64,000 nt of DNA, taken from the NCBI RefSeq assembly GCF_000143415.4, contig NW_003314320.1:1067231-1131230 (forward strand). The letters run 5' to 3'. The notes beneath the pieces were generated by a model that saw only the letters and a list, made by a program, of their open reading frames with translations, did no database searches and was not told the origin of the DNA. Position 1 is the first letter of the stretch. Each line of letters opens with the position of its first letter. Below are positions 9,816 through 21,660 of this stretch, piece by piece. A program made the position numbers and the translations under genes. Source of the stretch: Selaginella moellendorffii (taxonomy: Eukaryota; Plantae; Lycopodiophyta).

Positions 9816-12734
9816 TTACGCTTTCTTGTCAGCCTCGCCCAAGAGCGTGACAACTTGTTGAGCAACAGCGTTGAGAGGATCGAGCTCGAGGATTCTCTCA
9901 GCTGCCAGTCTCTCTCGATTCACATCACCATGCCTGCGACACCATCCCAGCAAGCTCAGCCACATCGCACCTCGAAACTCCATCGCCATCTTGGAAATGA
10001 TCCTCTCCGCTTCTCCCAGCTTTCCTTGTCGTCCCAAGATCTCCACCACGCCTCGAAGGTGCTCCACGCCAGGAACCAAGCCATGATCGCATAGCATCGA
10101 TTCAATCCAGCGATAAACTTCGGTCGCTTCCACGGAACAGTTTATAATGCTCGCAAAGGTGGTGGCGTTTGGCTTGCTACCATCCTGTTGCAGCTCCCAC
10201 AGAAATACCACAGCCTCTTCTCCACGGCCGTGCTGAGCGAACGCCGAGACGAGAGAATTCCAAGAAACCAAGCTCTTCACTGGAACTGCACGCAGGATCT
10301 GGCGAGCGGTTGCTAAGTTTCCGAGCTTTCCGTACATGTCCCCCAGGGAGGTCTTGACGAACGCGTCCTCGAAGAGTCCACACTCTCTGCAAGCGCTGTG
10401 GACGAGATGGCCGACCCGAGAAGTGGACTCCATGCGGCAGGCCGCAAGCACGGTGATGAAGCTCACTTTGTTTGGAGTGATCCCTTCGAGCAGCATCCGG
10501 CGAAACATTGTCACCGCCGTGGCGTGCTGGCCGTGCTGGATGCAAGCTCCGATGAAGTTGTTCCACGAGACGACGAGAACTTTGCGATGATCTTCGAGCC
10601 GATGTTCTTGCTCGATGGACGTGAGCATCTTGTACGCGGTCACCAGGTTTCCACACCGTGCGTACATTGCTACCAGCGAGCTCGCCACCGCCGAGTCCGA
10701 TTCCAGACCACTCTCCAGAACTTGCGAGTGGATCTTCTTGCCTTGGTCCGAGTTGAGAGCTCCGGCACAGGCACCGAGCATCGCAGCAAACGCAACTCCA
10801 TCCGGCCTCACGCCCTCCACTCTCATCACCGGGAGGAACTTAAGAGCTTCTTCGTGCAAGCCTTTGTCCACCAAGCCTGTGATCATCGACGTCCATGCCA
10901 CAACGTTGTTATGCTTGTGGAGGATCACTCTCTCCAAAGCTTGCTCCACGAATCCACTCCTGGCGAGCATGCTCACGAGTGCGTTTGAGACCTGAGCGTC
11001 CGATCCCCAGCCCGACTCCATAACCAAGCTTTCCACCATCGCTCTACACGGCTCGTCCTCACACGCAGCCAAGACTCTAGACAAAGTTACCGAGTTTGGC
11101 GACGCCGCGGCCTCCAGCAGCATCATCCGGAAGCTCTGCATGGCCTCGTCAAAGCAGCCATTGTCTACGTACGATCTGATCAACTCGTTCCACAGCACTA
11201 CGTCGAACGAACTGTTCGTCCTGGTGATCGTGTCGTCGAAGATCTCTCGAGCTCGAGCTGGACATCCACACTTTGCGAACATATTTAGCATGGCGATGCC
11301 GAGAAGAGAGTCGTGCTGCAGCTGCAACTTCAACTCCGTGTTGGTCCACTCCAGGATTTTCGTCCCCAGTGACAAGCACCGGCAAGCGTCCAGGAGTGAG
11401 GTCAGTGTAAACTTATCCGCCGCAAATCCTTGGAGCTGCATCTTTCGGAAGAGCAGCACGGCGCTATCGGCACAGTCGTTCTGGACGCAGGCTGAGATGA
11501 TAGAGTTCCACGACAGAAGGTTTGGACGATCCAGCCGCAGGAAAACCTCGCTGGCTTTCTCCACTTCCCTGCTCCTCGAGTAGAAAGTTATCAAAGCATT
11601 GGACACGGCAACATCGGCGTCGAATCCACCCTCCTCGACGCAGCCACGGACGAGACTCGAGAACTTCTCCCCGCAATCGCAGCTAAGAACACCACCCGCG
11701 AAGGAATTCCCATTGGGAGAAACTCCTTCCAGCAGCATCCGACAGAAAAACGCGATAGCTTCTTCACTGCAGCCGTTCTGAGCGTACGAAGCAACCACCG
11801 CATTCCAGGAGCTCAAGTCTCTCACCGCCATTGTTTCAAACACTTCCATCGCGCGCTCCACCTCGCCAAGCTTCCCGTAAGTTTTCACCAGCGCGTTTCC
11901 AATCGAGACATCGCTAGAAACCAGCCCGCTCTCACAAACTTGCCGATGGATCTCGTCAGCCTCTCGCAAGGAGCAGCACGCATGGAGCGCGGTGAGAAAA
12001 CTGGGAATGTTGTGCCGCAAGCCATCAAGCAGCATTCCCCGGAACAAATGCAAAGCCTCGAAAAAATGCCCGTTCTCGGCATTTGCTGCAGCCATGCTAG
12101 TCCAGCTCGCAGTGCTCTTGTAGCTGATCCCAGAAAAAACCATCTTGGCCTGTGGCAAATCTCCGCACTTCCCATAGAAGTTGACAAGAACATTACCCAC
12201 GACGAGATCGGTGTGGAAGCCCAGCTCGGTGGCGAGCGAGTGAACTCGGTTGCCCGAGCTCCAGTCGGCACAAGCTCCGAGCACCGAGATGAAAGTCACA
12301 ACGCTGGGGACCGTCCCCTCGTGCAGCATCCGGCTGAAAGCGTGGAGCGTGGCCTGGAACTCGCCATGATCTGCCAGAGTTGCGAGCATGGCGTTCCAAG
12401 TGATGACGTTCTTGAGCTTGAGGCTCTCGAAGGCTGCGCGAGCTTCGTCCAAGCTGCCGCATTTGCGATACGCACCGACGATGAGATTGCCGATGAAGAC
12501 GTTGGTTTCCAGGAGTCCTGGGCTGCCGCGGAGGATCTCCTGGTGCAAGAGCCTAGCTTGGGGGAGATCTCGGCACGACTGGAGACGGTCGCCATACTCT
12601 GCTGCTACTGCTGCTGCATCGAGCTCGTGATGATCGAGCGGAGGTCTTGCTGCAAGATCGCAGTGAAGGAAGCGCTTCCAGCAGTGGCTTCTTGTGCTGG
12701 TGATGCGAGCAGCGCGAGCAGCGAGATCAAGCAT
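9816..12734 (-). CDS. PLS-class PPR protein with E-type C-terminus (organellar RNA-editing factor type), no DYW
   Basis: 972-aa intronless ORF with repeated YGKCG/WN..I motifs. E-like tail EHLRGVVEILGRQGKLGEAE...WLSLLGWC. Confidence 0.92.
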   Translation of the reverse strand: MLDLAARAARITSTRSHCWKRFLHCDLAARPPLDHHELDAAAVAAEYGDRLQSCRDLPQARLLHQEILRGSPGLLETNVFIGNLIVGAYRKCGSLDEARAAFESLKLKNVITWNAMLATLADHGEFQATLHAFSRMLHEGTVPSVVTFISVLGACADWSSGNRVHSLATELGFHTDLVVGNVLVNFYGKCGDLPQAKMVFSGISYKSTASWTSMAAANAENGHFFEALHLFRGMLLDGLRHNIPSFLTALHACCSLREADEIHRQVCESGLVSSDVSIGNALVKTYGKLGEVERAMEVFETMAVRDLSSWNAVVASYAQNGCSEEAIAFFCRMLLEGVSPNGNSFAGGVLSCDCGEKFSSLVRGCVEEGGFDADVAVSNALITFYSRSREVEKASEVFLRLDRPNLLSWNSIISACVQNDCADSAVLLFRKMQLQGFAADKFTLTSLLDACRCLSLGTKILEWTNTELKLQLQHDSLLGIAMLNMFAKCGCPARAREIFDDTITRTNSSFDVVLWNELIRSYVDNGCFDEAMQSFRMMLLEAAASPNSVTLSRVLAACEDEPCRAMVESLVMESGWGSDAQVSNALVSMLARSGFVEQALERVILHKHNNVVAWTSMITGLVDKGLHEEALKFLPVMRVEGVRPDGVAFAAMLGACAGALNSDQGKKIHSQVLESGLESDSAVASSLVAMYARCGNLVTAYKMLTSIEQEHRLEDHRKVLVVSWNNFIGACIQHGQHATAVTMFRRMLLEGITPNKVSFITVLAACRMESTSRVGHLVHSACRECGLFEDAFVKTSLGDMYGKLGNLATARQILRAVPVKSLVSWNSLVSAFAQHGRGEEAVVFLWELQQDGSKPNATTFASIINCSVEATEVYRWIESMLCDHGLVPGVEHLRGVVEILGRQGKLGEAERIISKMAMEFRGAMWLSLLGWCRRHGDVNRERLAAERILELDPLNAVAQQVVTLLGEADKKA

Positions 12735-12842
12735 ATCTTTTGAGTTCCCACATATTTGGAAGAACAGGCTTAGTCAACCTTTTGGTCAAAACAATACTCT
12801 AGTTAGATTTTTTGTAGATCTTTGCAAAGATTTGGGTGTTGT

Positions 12843-15248
12843 TTAATGTCGGAAGTGACGAACATCTGTAAAAACCATTGCGACGCCATACTTGTTGCAG
12901 CAGTCGATCGCATCTTGGTCCCTTATGCTTCCACCCGGCTGGACTATGACGCTCACTCCAGCCTTGCACGCTTCTTCCACGGCGTCGTTCCAAGCTGCGG
13001 GAGACGAAAAAATCCACCGCTCAGTCGAAACTAGAGAGCTTTGAGATTCATCACCACTCACCAAAAGGAAAGAATGCGTCGCTAGCAAGAGCAGCGCCTT
13101 TGACAGCGCTTCCAGCCTTTTCAATCGCGATCTCCAGGCTCTTGATACGATTTGGCTGCCCGCTGCCCATTCCAAGCATGGAGTTATCCTGGAACTCATT
13201 CGACGTCAGGAACGCGAAGAAACAACGATTCAGAAAAACACAGACCTTTGCGACCACGATCGCGTTGCTCTTGACATGCTTGACGCACACCCATGCGAAC
13301 TTTGCGTCGGTCATTTCCGCCTCTGTTGGGACTTTCGTTGTGCCGACTCTGAAAGTGATGTCGTCCGGTGTAAGATCGTCGGCATCTTGAACCAGCCAGC
13401 CTCCGCCGACTTGTCTCGCGCTTCGACGGCCTTTCTTGATTGGCTGAGCTTCGAGTATTCGCAGTGCTTTCGACTTGCCTTTCAAGACCTGGAGTCCCTT
13501 CTCGGTGTACTTCGGTGCCACCACAATCTCGTAGAACATTTTGGTTTGGTTTTCCTGATACCGCTTTGCTATGTACTCTCGTATCTCCCGTGCCAGTGCC
13601 TGCGAAATAGAAAAGCCCGTGTAGACGTTAAAAAGTTGATATTAAAGCAAACCTCGTCAACTTCGCAATTGAAGGCTACTATACCGCCGAATGCACTGAC
13701 GGAGTCTGCTTCAACAGCGAGGCGATAGGCCTCCAAAATGTCGGGCCGCGACGCCACCCCACATGGATTTGTATGCTTGACTACAACGCATGTCGGTTCT
13801 TTGAATTCGCAGACGCAATTCCAGGCGGCATCAGCATCAAGATAGTTGTTGTAAGACATTTCCTGCAAAAGGAGCACGCTAAAACTGTCAATAAGAGGTG
13901 AATAAGTAGATTCACTACCTTTCCGTGGTGTTGCACAGCAGTCGCAATTCCTCCAGCATCAACTTCTGAGATGGATTTATCGACATAAAACGCGGCCTTT
14001 TGGTGTGGGTTCTCTCCGTATCTTAAAGACGATTTTAGTGCCAGTGGTATCGTAAGCTCTGATGGAAACTGAGTACCAGAACCATCTGCCAAACGCCAAC
14101 TTCATGTCATGTGGATCAAAGTGAGAAAACAGCTAAAAACTTACCACCATTGTTTTCCTTCCAAAACCACTCCGACACGGCCGAGTCGTAAGAGGAGACG
14201 TGCTGAAACGCTTTCCAGGCGAATTTCCGTCTGATCATTTCGTCATTCTCCAGTTTACCTTGCAGACTGTCTAAAACCGTAGGGTAATCTGCAGGATCGA
14301 CGACTACAAGTACGTGCTTGTGGTTCTGCCATGAAAAGAAAATTCAAAATTCAGTAACCGCAAAGAACAAATGAAACATGAAACCTTGGCTGCAGCTCTG
14401 ATCATTGCAGGACCACCAATATCTATATTCTCAACACCTTTCTCGAACGATGCTCCTCCGGGAGCAGTGACAGTGTCATAGAACGGGTAGAGATTGACCA
14501 CCACAACGTCTATGGTTCCTGCCTTCACAGTACAGACAAGGAGCAACTAAAGATTAGCGCAACTATGAGCACACCTATCCCGTGCGTGTCGAGAGCGTCC
14601 ATATGCGAGTCTAAATCACGCCTTGCAAGAATGCCTCCGTGAACCGCAGGATGCAACGTCTTTACTCGACCATCCAGCTGCAAAAACAAACATTTCACAA
14701 TCAAAGTTCCTCCAGAGAGAAAAAGAACACAACCATTTCAGGGAAGTTCGTCAGTTCTTCCACTCTTGTAACTTCGAAGCCCGCAGTTTCCAGCGCCTTG
14801 GCGGTACCACCAGTGGAAATCAGCGTATATCTAGTCGACAACTTTCAGCATACAACTTTCTTTTTGTGAAGAGAGCATAGAAACTTACCCGAGTTCTCTA
14901 AGACCAGTAGCAAGAACATCAAGGTTGCGCTTGTCGGACAGCGAAAGAAGAGCCTTCTTAGAGCCTGCCGATAAGAAGAAAATGAGAAAACACATTAGAA
15001 AAAGTTCGAATCATACCTGGAGCTGGTGTCGATCTTGGCGTGGATACGACAGTCTTCACGGCAGAAGACTCCGATGCCGCCATTCTCACCACTCTGGAGC
15101 TCTCCAATCGCGAGAAGCCGGCGGTGGAAGGAGAGAAATGCGAGTAATGCGAGGCACAAAGAGGCAGCGGATGAGCAGCAGCACCGATCCTGGAGCGATG
15201 CGACGACGGAAAGGTGTGGAGCGCAGCGCAGAGGCGCACCACTGCCAT
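12843..15248 (-). CDS. purH: Bifunctional AICAR transformylase / IMP cyclohydrolase with transit peptide, multi-exon
   Basis: [80 protein letters not shown]...RHFRH*. Confidence 0.96.
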
Positions 15249-15447
15249 CAAAACCCCGGATAAACCCTAATCCTCTCAAGCCAGAGCGTGGATGGATGAA
15301 ACAGAAGTGGGAGAGGGATCTTCTTCCCTGTAGACACGATCGCGATGGATCGATCGCCCCAAAGAAGCACGCCTTCCTCCTGCCAAAATATTTCTCCTCT
15401 CCTATGCGATAGGGTTCTTGGCATTTTGATATCTCGCGTGGAATGGA

Positions 15448-18400
15448 ATGTTGGGGCGCCTTCGCCGGAGGGGCAAATCCGACCGCCTTCTCGCGCGAGG
15501 CATCGCGTCCTCTCCTGCTACTGCGCCGAGAGGCAAGAATCTCCTGTCGCGAGAGGATTTCCAGGGTCTGGAGCGAGTGACGAGCCTCCTGGAATCCGGC
15601 AATGCGGGTGAAGCGAGGCGCGTCTTCGATCACGAGGTGAGCCACTTGGACGTACGAGTCTGGAATGGTGTAATCGCCGCCTTCTCCAGGCATCACCATC
15701 GGTGCGAGGAAGAAGAAGATCGAGATCTTCCCTCGGTAGCGCTACTCCATTGCATGCTCCACGAGGGAATCCGGCCCAACGCCACGACGCTGGTGACCAT
15801 CCTCAAGGAATGCAGTACCGACGGCAGCAAGAAGAGGGGGCTGTGGATTGCCAGCGCAGGGAAGCTGATCGAATCTTTAGTTCGCGACGGTGGCTTTGAC
15901 ATTGAAGATCGCATTGGCACCAGTTTGGTAAATATGTATCGCATCTGCGGCAGGCTGGAAGACGCTCGCAGGATCTTCCGCGAGTTCCACTCTCCGAGCA
16001 ACGTTGTGACATGGACTGGGATCATCACAGCAAATGCCGAGAGCGGGCATTTCTCCGAGGCCATCGATCTCTTCCACCGGACGCAGCTCGAAGGTGTGTT
16101 GCTCGACAAGACGAGCTTTCTTGCTGTTGTGAATGCGTGTGCTGATTGTGGGAACTTGGTGGCTGGCAGGTTGGCTCAGAGGCTCGTCAGAGAGGCCGGG
16201 CTTGAGGCCGACGTTGTTCTTGGCAACACGCTCGTCAACATGTATGGGCTGTGCCACAGCGTGGACGAGGCTTGCAGCGTCTTCGACTCGATCCAGGAGA
16301 GGACCTCCGTGAGTTGGAACGTTATGCTCTCGGCTCACGCGAGGCAGGGGAACTTCCAAATGTCGCTCATCGTCTTCCGGCTGATGCAACTCGATGGATT
16401 CAAGCCCGAGGCCATCACTTTCCTGGCCGTGCTTGAGTCGTGTGCCGCGGTGGGATCGCTTGAGACGGGGAAGCTCGTCCATTCCAACATCCAGGAACAG
16501 ATTGGGGAGCTGGATCCGCAAGTTGGCGATGCGGTCGTCAACATGTATGGGAAGTGTGGAGCGGTGGAAGAAGCTGCCAGAGTTTTCGACGAGCAGGGAC
16601 ACAGGAGGAGTGTGGTGTCGTGGAACTCGATGATCGCCGCGTTCTTCCTCAATGTGTTGCTCGAGGAAGCATTCCGGTGTTTTCGGACGATGCAACTCCA
16701 AGGTTTCCATCCCAACTTTGCGACGTTTGTCAACCTTCTTCACGGGTGTACCGATCTAGAAGCTCTTGCGGAGGGTGATGCTGTCTACGGGATGGTCGCC
16801 GAGACGGAGTTCCATTCCGAGCCTGGGATAGAGATCGCGCTCGTCAACATGTACTCGAGCTGCGGGGAACTTGATGCTGCTTATCAGATCTTGCAAGGCC
16901 GAGACGACGTGTCTCTACCATGGAGCAGTTTTCTTCGTGCAACTGCGAGATATGGCTATTCGAATGAGACTCTTGCAGTTCTTCGACGGATTCAGCTCAA
17001 CGGGATCTTTCCGAACACCACTGCTCTCGTCTCTGGTCTCAGTGCCTGCGTTGCTCCAGGGTTCCTAAGAAGCGGTACCGGGATTCATGAGCTGGTTCTT
17101 GAGGCTGGAATACAGCATCACTTGGTCGTCGCCACAGCACTCTTCGTCATGTATGGGAAGTGCAAGAGCTTGGACCATGCTCGGCTCTTGTTCGACGGAA
17201 TGGTACAGCGAGACTCAGTTGCCTGGAACGCGATCATGTCACTCTACTCCAGCTATGGCCGCCACGAAGGAGTCATCGAGCTTTTTAGGAGCATGCTGCA
17301 AGAGGGTGTGAGATTCAACAGGGCCAGCTTCTGCATCGTTCTCTCGTCTCTGGTCTACCCGGCAATGCTACTGATCGGGGAGAGTGTCCACTCCATGGCC
17401 AGCCAGAAAAACTACGACGAGGACGACGTTGTAGCTGGTGCATTGGTGACCATGTATGCCAGGCTTGGCAAGCTTGAGAAAGCTAGGGAAATCTTCGACC
17501 GGGTGAGCGCGAAAGAGCCGAGCACAGCTCTCTGGACAGCCATGATCTCGGCCTGCGTCGAGCACAGAGAGTTTGCCGACGCGCAGCTACTATTTCGACG
17601 CATGCAGCTGGAAGGTGTGCTCCCGGACAGCTTCACCCTGGCTTGCGCTGCCGCCGTAGTAAACTCGCTCGAGATGACGCTGCTTAACGTTGCTGCTCGT
17701 CAGAGAAGCCTGGACAACAACGTCAGGCTTTGCAACGCTCTTGTCGAAGCCTACGGGAGCAAGGGAGAGCTCGACAAAGCGCTCGATATGTTCGAGAGCA
17801 CGGAAGAGAAGACTCAAACAAGCTGGAGCCTGGTGATTACGGCGGCCACGGAAAATGCAAGACACCACCAGGGACTAGCTCTCTATCACCAGATGCTGCT
17901 CGAAGGTTACCGACCGGACAAAGTCTCGCTGCTGGCAGCTCTGGGAGTTTGCTCCAGCCTCGCCTCTCTCAAGTCGGGACGCAGGATCCACGAACAGGTC
18001 GTGGAAGCCGGGCTCGAGCCGGACGAAGTCGTGGCCAGCGCCCTGGTGGACATGTATGGGAAGTGTGGAAGCTTGGAGGCTTCACGAGCAGTGTTCCAGA
18101 GGTCCGAGAAGCAGGATCCCGTGCTTTGGAACTCACTGCTAGCGGTGGAAGCTAGATGTGGAGGGGACGCATTGAGACTCTTCCACTGGATGCAGCAAGA
18201 TGGTTTGAGGTCCGACGGTGCTTCGTTCGTCAGCCTTCTCGCGGCGTGCAGCCATGCTGGGGTGGAAGACAAGGCCTGGGACTACTTCGCAGCGATGAAG
18301 TGGGATTTTGGTGTGGTGCCTGCTTCGGAGCACTTTGGTTGCATGGTCGATCTGCTGGCGAGAACCGGGAAGCTTGAAGCTGCGGAGGAGCTGATCTTCA

Positions 18401-18645
18401 AGTCGAGGCTGAGGCTGGATTCGAGGCTGTGGATCACGCTGCTGGCGGCTTGTAACGCGAACGGGGACGTGAGCAGGGGGGAGCGAGCAGGGATGAACGC
18501 TCTGGTTTTGGATCCACAAAACTCTGGGCTCTATGTGACGCTTGGGAACATGTTTGCGGCGGCAGGGAGGGAGCAAGATGCTCGAAACATGAGAGCGGCC
18601 TTGGATGAGTTGCGAGCTTTGTCCAGCAAAGACAAAGAAACTTAG
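15448..18645 (+). CDS. PLS-class PPR protein with E domain, no DYW
   Basis: 1065-aa intronless ORF. E domain EHFGCMVDLLARTGKLEAAE...WITLLAAC...LDPQNSGLYVTLGNMFAAAGR. Confidence 0.93.
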   Translation: MLGRLRRRGKSDRLLARGIASSPATAPRGKNLLSREDFQGLERVTSLLESGNAGEARRVFDHEVSHLDVRVWNGVIAAFSRHHHRCEEEEDRDLPSVALLHCMLHEGIRPNATTLVTILKECSTDGSKKRGLWIASAGKLIESLVRDGGFDIEDRIGTSLVNMYRICGRLEDARRIFREFHSPSNVVTWTGIITANAESGHFSEAIDLFHRTQLEGVLLDKTSFLAVVNACADCGNLVAGRLAQRLVREAGLEADVVLGNTLVNMYGLCHSVDEACSVFDSIQERTSVSWNVMLSAHARQGNFQMSLIVFRLMQLDGFKPEAITFLAVLESCAAVGSLETGKLVHSNIQEQIGELDPQVGDAVVNMYGKCGAVEEAARVFDEQGHRRSVVSWNSMIAAFFLNVLLEEAFRCFRTMQLQGFHPNFATFVNLLHGCTDLEALAEGDAVYGMVAETEFHSEPGIEIALVNMYSSCGELDAAYQILQGRDDVSLPWSSFLRATARYGYSNETLAVLRRIQLNGIFPNTTALVSGLSACVAPGFLRSGTGIHELVLEAGIQHHLVVATALFVMYGKCKSLDHARLLFDGMVQRDSVAWNAIMSLYSSYGRHEGVIELFRSMLQEGVRFNRASFCIVLSSLVYPAMLLIGESVHSMASQKNYDEDDVVAGALVTMYARLGKLEKAREIFDRVSAKEPSTALWTAMISACVEHREFADAQLLFRRMQLEGVLPDSFTLACAAAVVNSLEMTLLNVAARQRSLDNNVRLCNALVEAYGSKGELDKALDMFESTEEKTQTSWSLVITAATENARHHQGLALYHQMLLEGYRPDKVSLLAALGVCSSLASLKSGRRIHEQVVEAGLEPDEVVASALVDMYGKCGSLEASRAVFQRSEKQDPVLWNSLLAVEARCGGDALRLFHWMQQDGLRSDGASFVSLLAACSHAGVEDKAWDYFAAMKWDFGVVPASEHFGCMVDLLARTGKLEAAEELIFKSRLRLDSRLWITLLAACNANGDVSRGERAGMNALVLDPQNSGLYVTLGNMFAAAGREQDARNMRAALDELRALSSKDKET

Positions 18646-18951
18646 AAGCTTGTACCATTGTTTTTACAATCAAAGACAGAGGTCTCTGACTTGATCTTTC
18701 GTTAATTCCCACACTCTTTCCAAATGACCATTGTGTCCCAAAATCTATAACTTCCAGCGATGCGGAGGAATTCCGTCACGGCTTCCACTGCCAGGATCGA
18801 TGATGATTTTAATGCCACTACTCCTGTAAAATAAATAGTCGAGTCTATTCGTACAAAGCCAAAAGTACCATTTTATTTTCTAAGTCAAGGGTTAGGTTAT
18901 AATCTTTCTCGCTTGGATTTTTCTATTGTCGAAGCTCTCGTCAGGTAAGCT

Positions 18952-19725
18952 ATGGTCTCTCGCGCTCACGCCGCCCCAACGCTTGCCCGCCAAGCTCCAG
19001 CGCCCTGGCATGGCGGCCATCACCGAGCTTCACACCCGCGAGCTCCAGCTCCAGCTCCAGCACATCCACCACACCACCATGGACACCATCCTCGAGGAGG
19101 CCACGAGCCAGCGCCAGCTTTAGCTCCAGTTCTTCAAGGTGACGCTCCAGTTCGAGCCCCAGCGCCAGCTGCTTTCGTTCACCCTGCTCGCGGCCACCCT
19201 GCTCATCTAGCTCCAGCGCCTGATGCTCGCCACCACGATCCAGCTCCAGCAGCAGCAGTGTACCATCATCATCACGGTGATGGAGCTCCTCTGGTTGTTC
19301 ACCACCATCACCATGGTCACCACCATGGTCACCACCATGGAGGACGCCACAACCACCACCACCACCACCACCACCACCACCACCATCGTCACGAGGGTCA
19401 CGACGCAGCAGTGGGCACACCAACACCCGCAGCAGTAGTTACAGTGGTTCGGAGGACGCCGTGGTCGCTGCTCCAGCTTCTTCTCTGGGTTTTGGTTGCG
19501 ATCTTGGTGCTGCTCGCATGCTTTTTGCTCGTGCGATGGATGTTCTCTCGAAGGAAACAGCGCAGTAATGCTATCTTTCAGGATCCCGGGTGGCAGATCG
19601 AAGTTGTGGTGGACGATTCTCTGACTGAGAAGAAACAGCTGGAAGCTCACACTCGTGGTTCGCACAGCAATGGCACTCTGGGATTCTCCTCAAAGTGTCC
19701 TGCCAACACTGGCAGTGACGCGTAA
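18952..19725 (+). CDS. His/Pro/Ala-rich (AGP-like) single-pass membrane ORF, possibly a chimeric or truncated RLCK-V-like gene
   Basis: APAPAP repeats, long poly-His, hydrophobic LLQLLLWVLVAILVLLACFLLV followed by basic RRK. Confidence 0.5.
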   Translation: MVSRAHAAPTLARQAPAPWHGGHHRASHPRAPAPAPAHPPHHHGHHPRGGHEPAPALAPVLQGDAPVRAPAPAAFVHPARGHPAHLAPAPDARHHDPAPAAAVYHHHHGDGAPLVVHHHHHGHHHGHHHGGRHNHHHHHHHHHHHRHEGHDAAVGTPTPAAVVTVVRRTPWSLLQLLLWVLVAILVLLACFLLVRWMFSRRKQRSNAIFQDPGWQIEVVVDDSLTEKKQLEAHTRGSHSNGTLGFSSKCPANTGSDA

Positions 19726-20179
19726 GTCAGCATAGTGCATGCGTTGGCACATGGAAGATTGTGTACAAACAATCTTCAAGGAGATGAAGTTGCAGAGCAA
19801 GAAGACAGCAGGGTCTTGCTCACGGACGGTGAAGATCACATACAAGGGTCCACTGGTGGAAGTCACCAGACTTGGAAGTTATTGCACAGCTGGCTCGGAA
19901 CATGGACTGGAAAATAGAGCAAGAACCTACCAAGTTTCGATTTGACTGAGCTATCCTCTAGAGGTGACGGGGGAGCAAACGTTAGTGCACCTCCAAAGGC
20001 CAGAGAAGTTGCTTGAGACGAAAGGTTTGAGAAAAGGTAACGTACTACTTTTGCTCTCTGTTCTTGCAGGTGCTCAAATCTCAACTTCAATGAGAAGAAG
20101 CAGAGCAGGGCATAGCGGCCAGATAAGTTTCTCCAGAGTCAAGAGCATCATAAGCCGGGAATCAAGCAAGTGCAAAATT

Positions 20180-20610
20180 GTGGCAGTATGGTCGAAGTCT
20201 ACACTGCGGCTTGCAACACAGGTTGTTCGACAGGATGGGACGAAGAACAGGATAGGTTGGTCTACCTTGCAAATTGTGAATACGAGGCCGATGCATTCAT
20301 CACGTGGAAGTGTTCTGGAGGACGAAGAAACACGACGTTGGTTGCCTGGAACACGAACGTGCACGTCTTCTATCAGATGCAACGAGAAGCTGGCCTGCCT
20401 CCAAACGCTGAGACTTTGCATGGAGCAGCAAAACGTCGTTTCCTGGGATTTGCCGAGAACAACCTTTGCTCTTGAGTGCTACGAGCAAGCCGCAGCCAAA
20501 CGCTCAGACTTTCATGGTGGCGCTCAAGGCACGCGGCGATTTAGCAGAGAAGAGGCTCCACTCGCAGATCTGGGAGAGAAATCTGGAGGGAATCCACTCC
20601 TCAGCGTGCT
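20180..20610 (+). pseudogene. Decayed PPR fragment (inverted copy at ~22460-23030)
   Basis: LFDRMG, VAWN..FYQMQ..LPPNAET, PNAQTFMVALKA. The copy reads SLITFYRKCGDVAASQEVF. Frameshifted. Confidence 0.7.
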
Positions 20611-21269
20611 CGCTCCACGAGAGAAAAGCTTTTCTTGGGAGGTCGGTAAACTTTGCAAGGAAAGAGTGGCATGCAAGGTTGATGGAGCTGTCAATCAAAG
20701 ATGGTACCTGAAAAGACGCGAAAGGATCTTAGCTGGCAGAGACAAAAAAAATATGAGAGACAATACTTATCTCTTAATTAATTTGCTGTCATTGAGTAAT
20801 TTAATTGATTAATAGTTATAAACATAGTTTAGACTAATATTATAGTAGAATAAACAAAAATATACTAGAAAGTGTTTATAGGGAAGTTTATAAATTATAA
20901 TTAAAAAGATTAATCTAAATGAAAAACAGCTATTAGATATTAAAATATCCTAGAATCTCCAAGCATAGTTTAAGTATATTCAATAGTTTGCTGAAGCAAA
21001 CCAATTATGGATCTATAGTGTTTGGTCACTTTAAACCTATAGAAGCTTATTCACAAACCTATTTACATTATTATATAGAACTTTTTCCCCAAAACTTCTG
21101 CCATATTAAAACTTGGGACTTAAGTTTCTTTGAGATTTTGTTGTTGATTAGATGTTATATTTTTCTTTCAACCATGCTCTGTAAAAATATACAAACTTTA
21201 TAATTGTAATTCAAGTTCTTTAAATCTTTTTTAATTTCATATTAGTAGATGAGAAACAACAAACATATA

Positions 21270-21660
21270 AACATTGGTCAAAGGAAGCAAAGACAACATA
21301 CTCAAAGGCATTATAGTTAAAAGTAAAAAATAACCATCAAGCAGGACCATCATTACGAATATATAATTTTCAGGTATGGAAGTGATATTATAAATGGGAA
21401 GCTTTACAACATCATAATCAACTAATTCCCAAGTTGCAATTACACATAATTCTTTAAACATTAAAATTCTGAAATGTTTCATCTTTTGCATAGGATGGAT
21501 CCAAATGTTAAAGTTTGGATTCATCATAACATCTAAACATGAGGTGATAAAAATAGATATTGGTACTGTATTTGAAACTAAAATAAACTTTATCTATAAA
21601 TTACACTGAAAACAATATAGGGCATTTCTTATAATTACACTCAAAGAGAGAGTTAATTCT
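21270..21660 (+). repeat. AT-rich dispersed repeat, direct copy at ~24740-25140
   Basis: Shared blocks GAAGCAAAG.CAACATACTCAA.GGCATTATAGTTAAA, GGATGGATCCAAATGTTAAA.TTTGGATTCA, TTACACTCAAA. Confidence 0.75.

Noticed and set aside
18500-18645. DYW deaminase domain in the PPR genes
   Set aside because: No HxE/CxxC or DYW terminus in any of the three PPRs.
9855-18712. Many 60-290-aa antisense or alternate-frame ORFs over the PPR and purH genes
   Set aside because: These are shadows of GC-rich coding sequence with no motifs.
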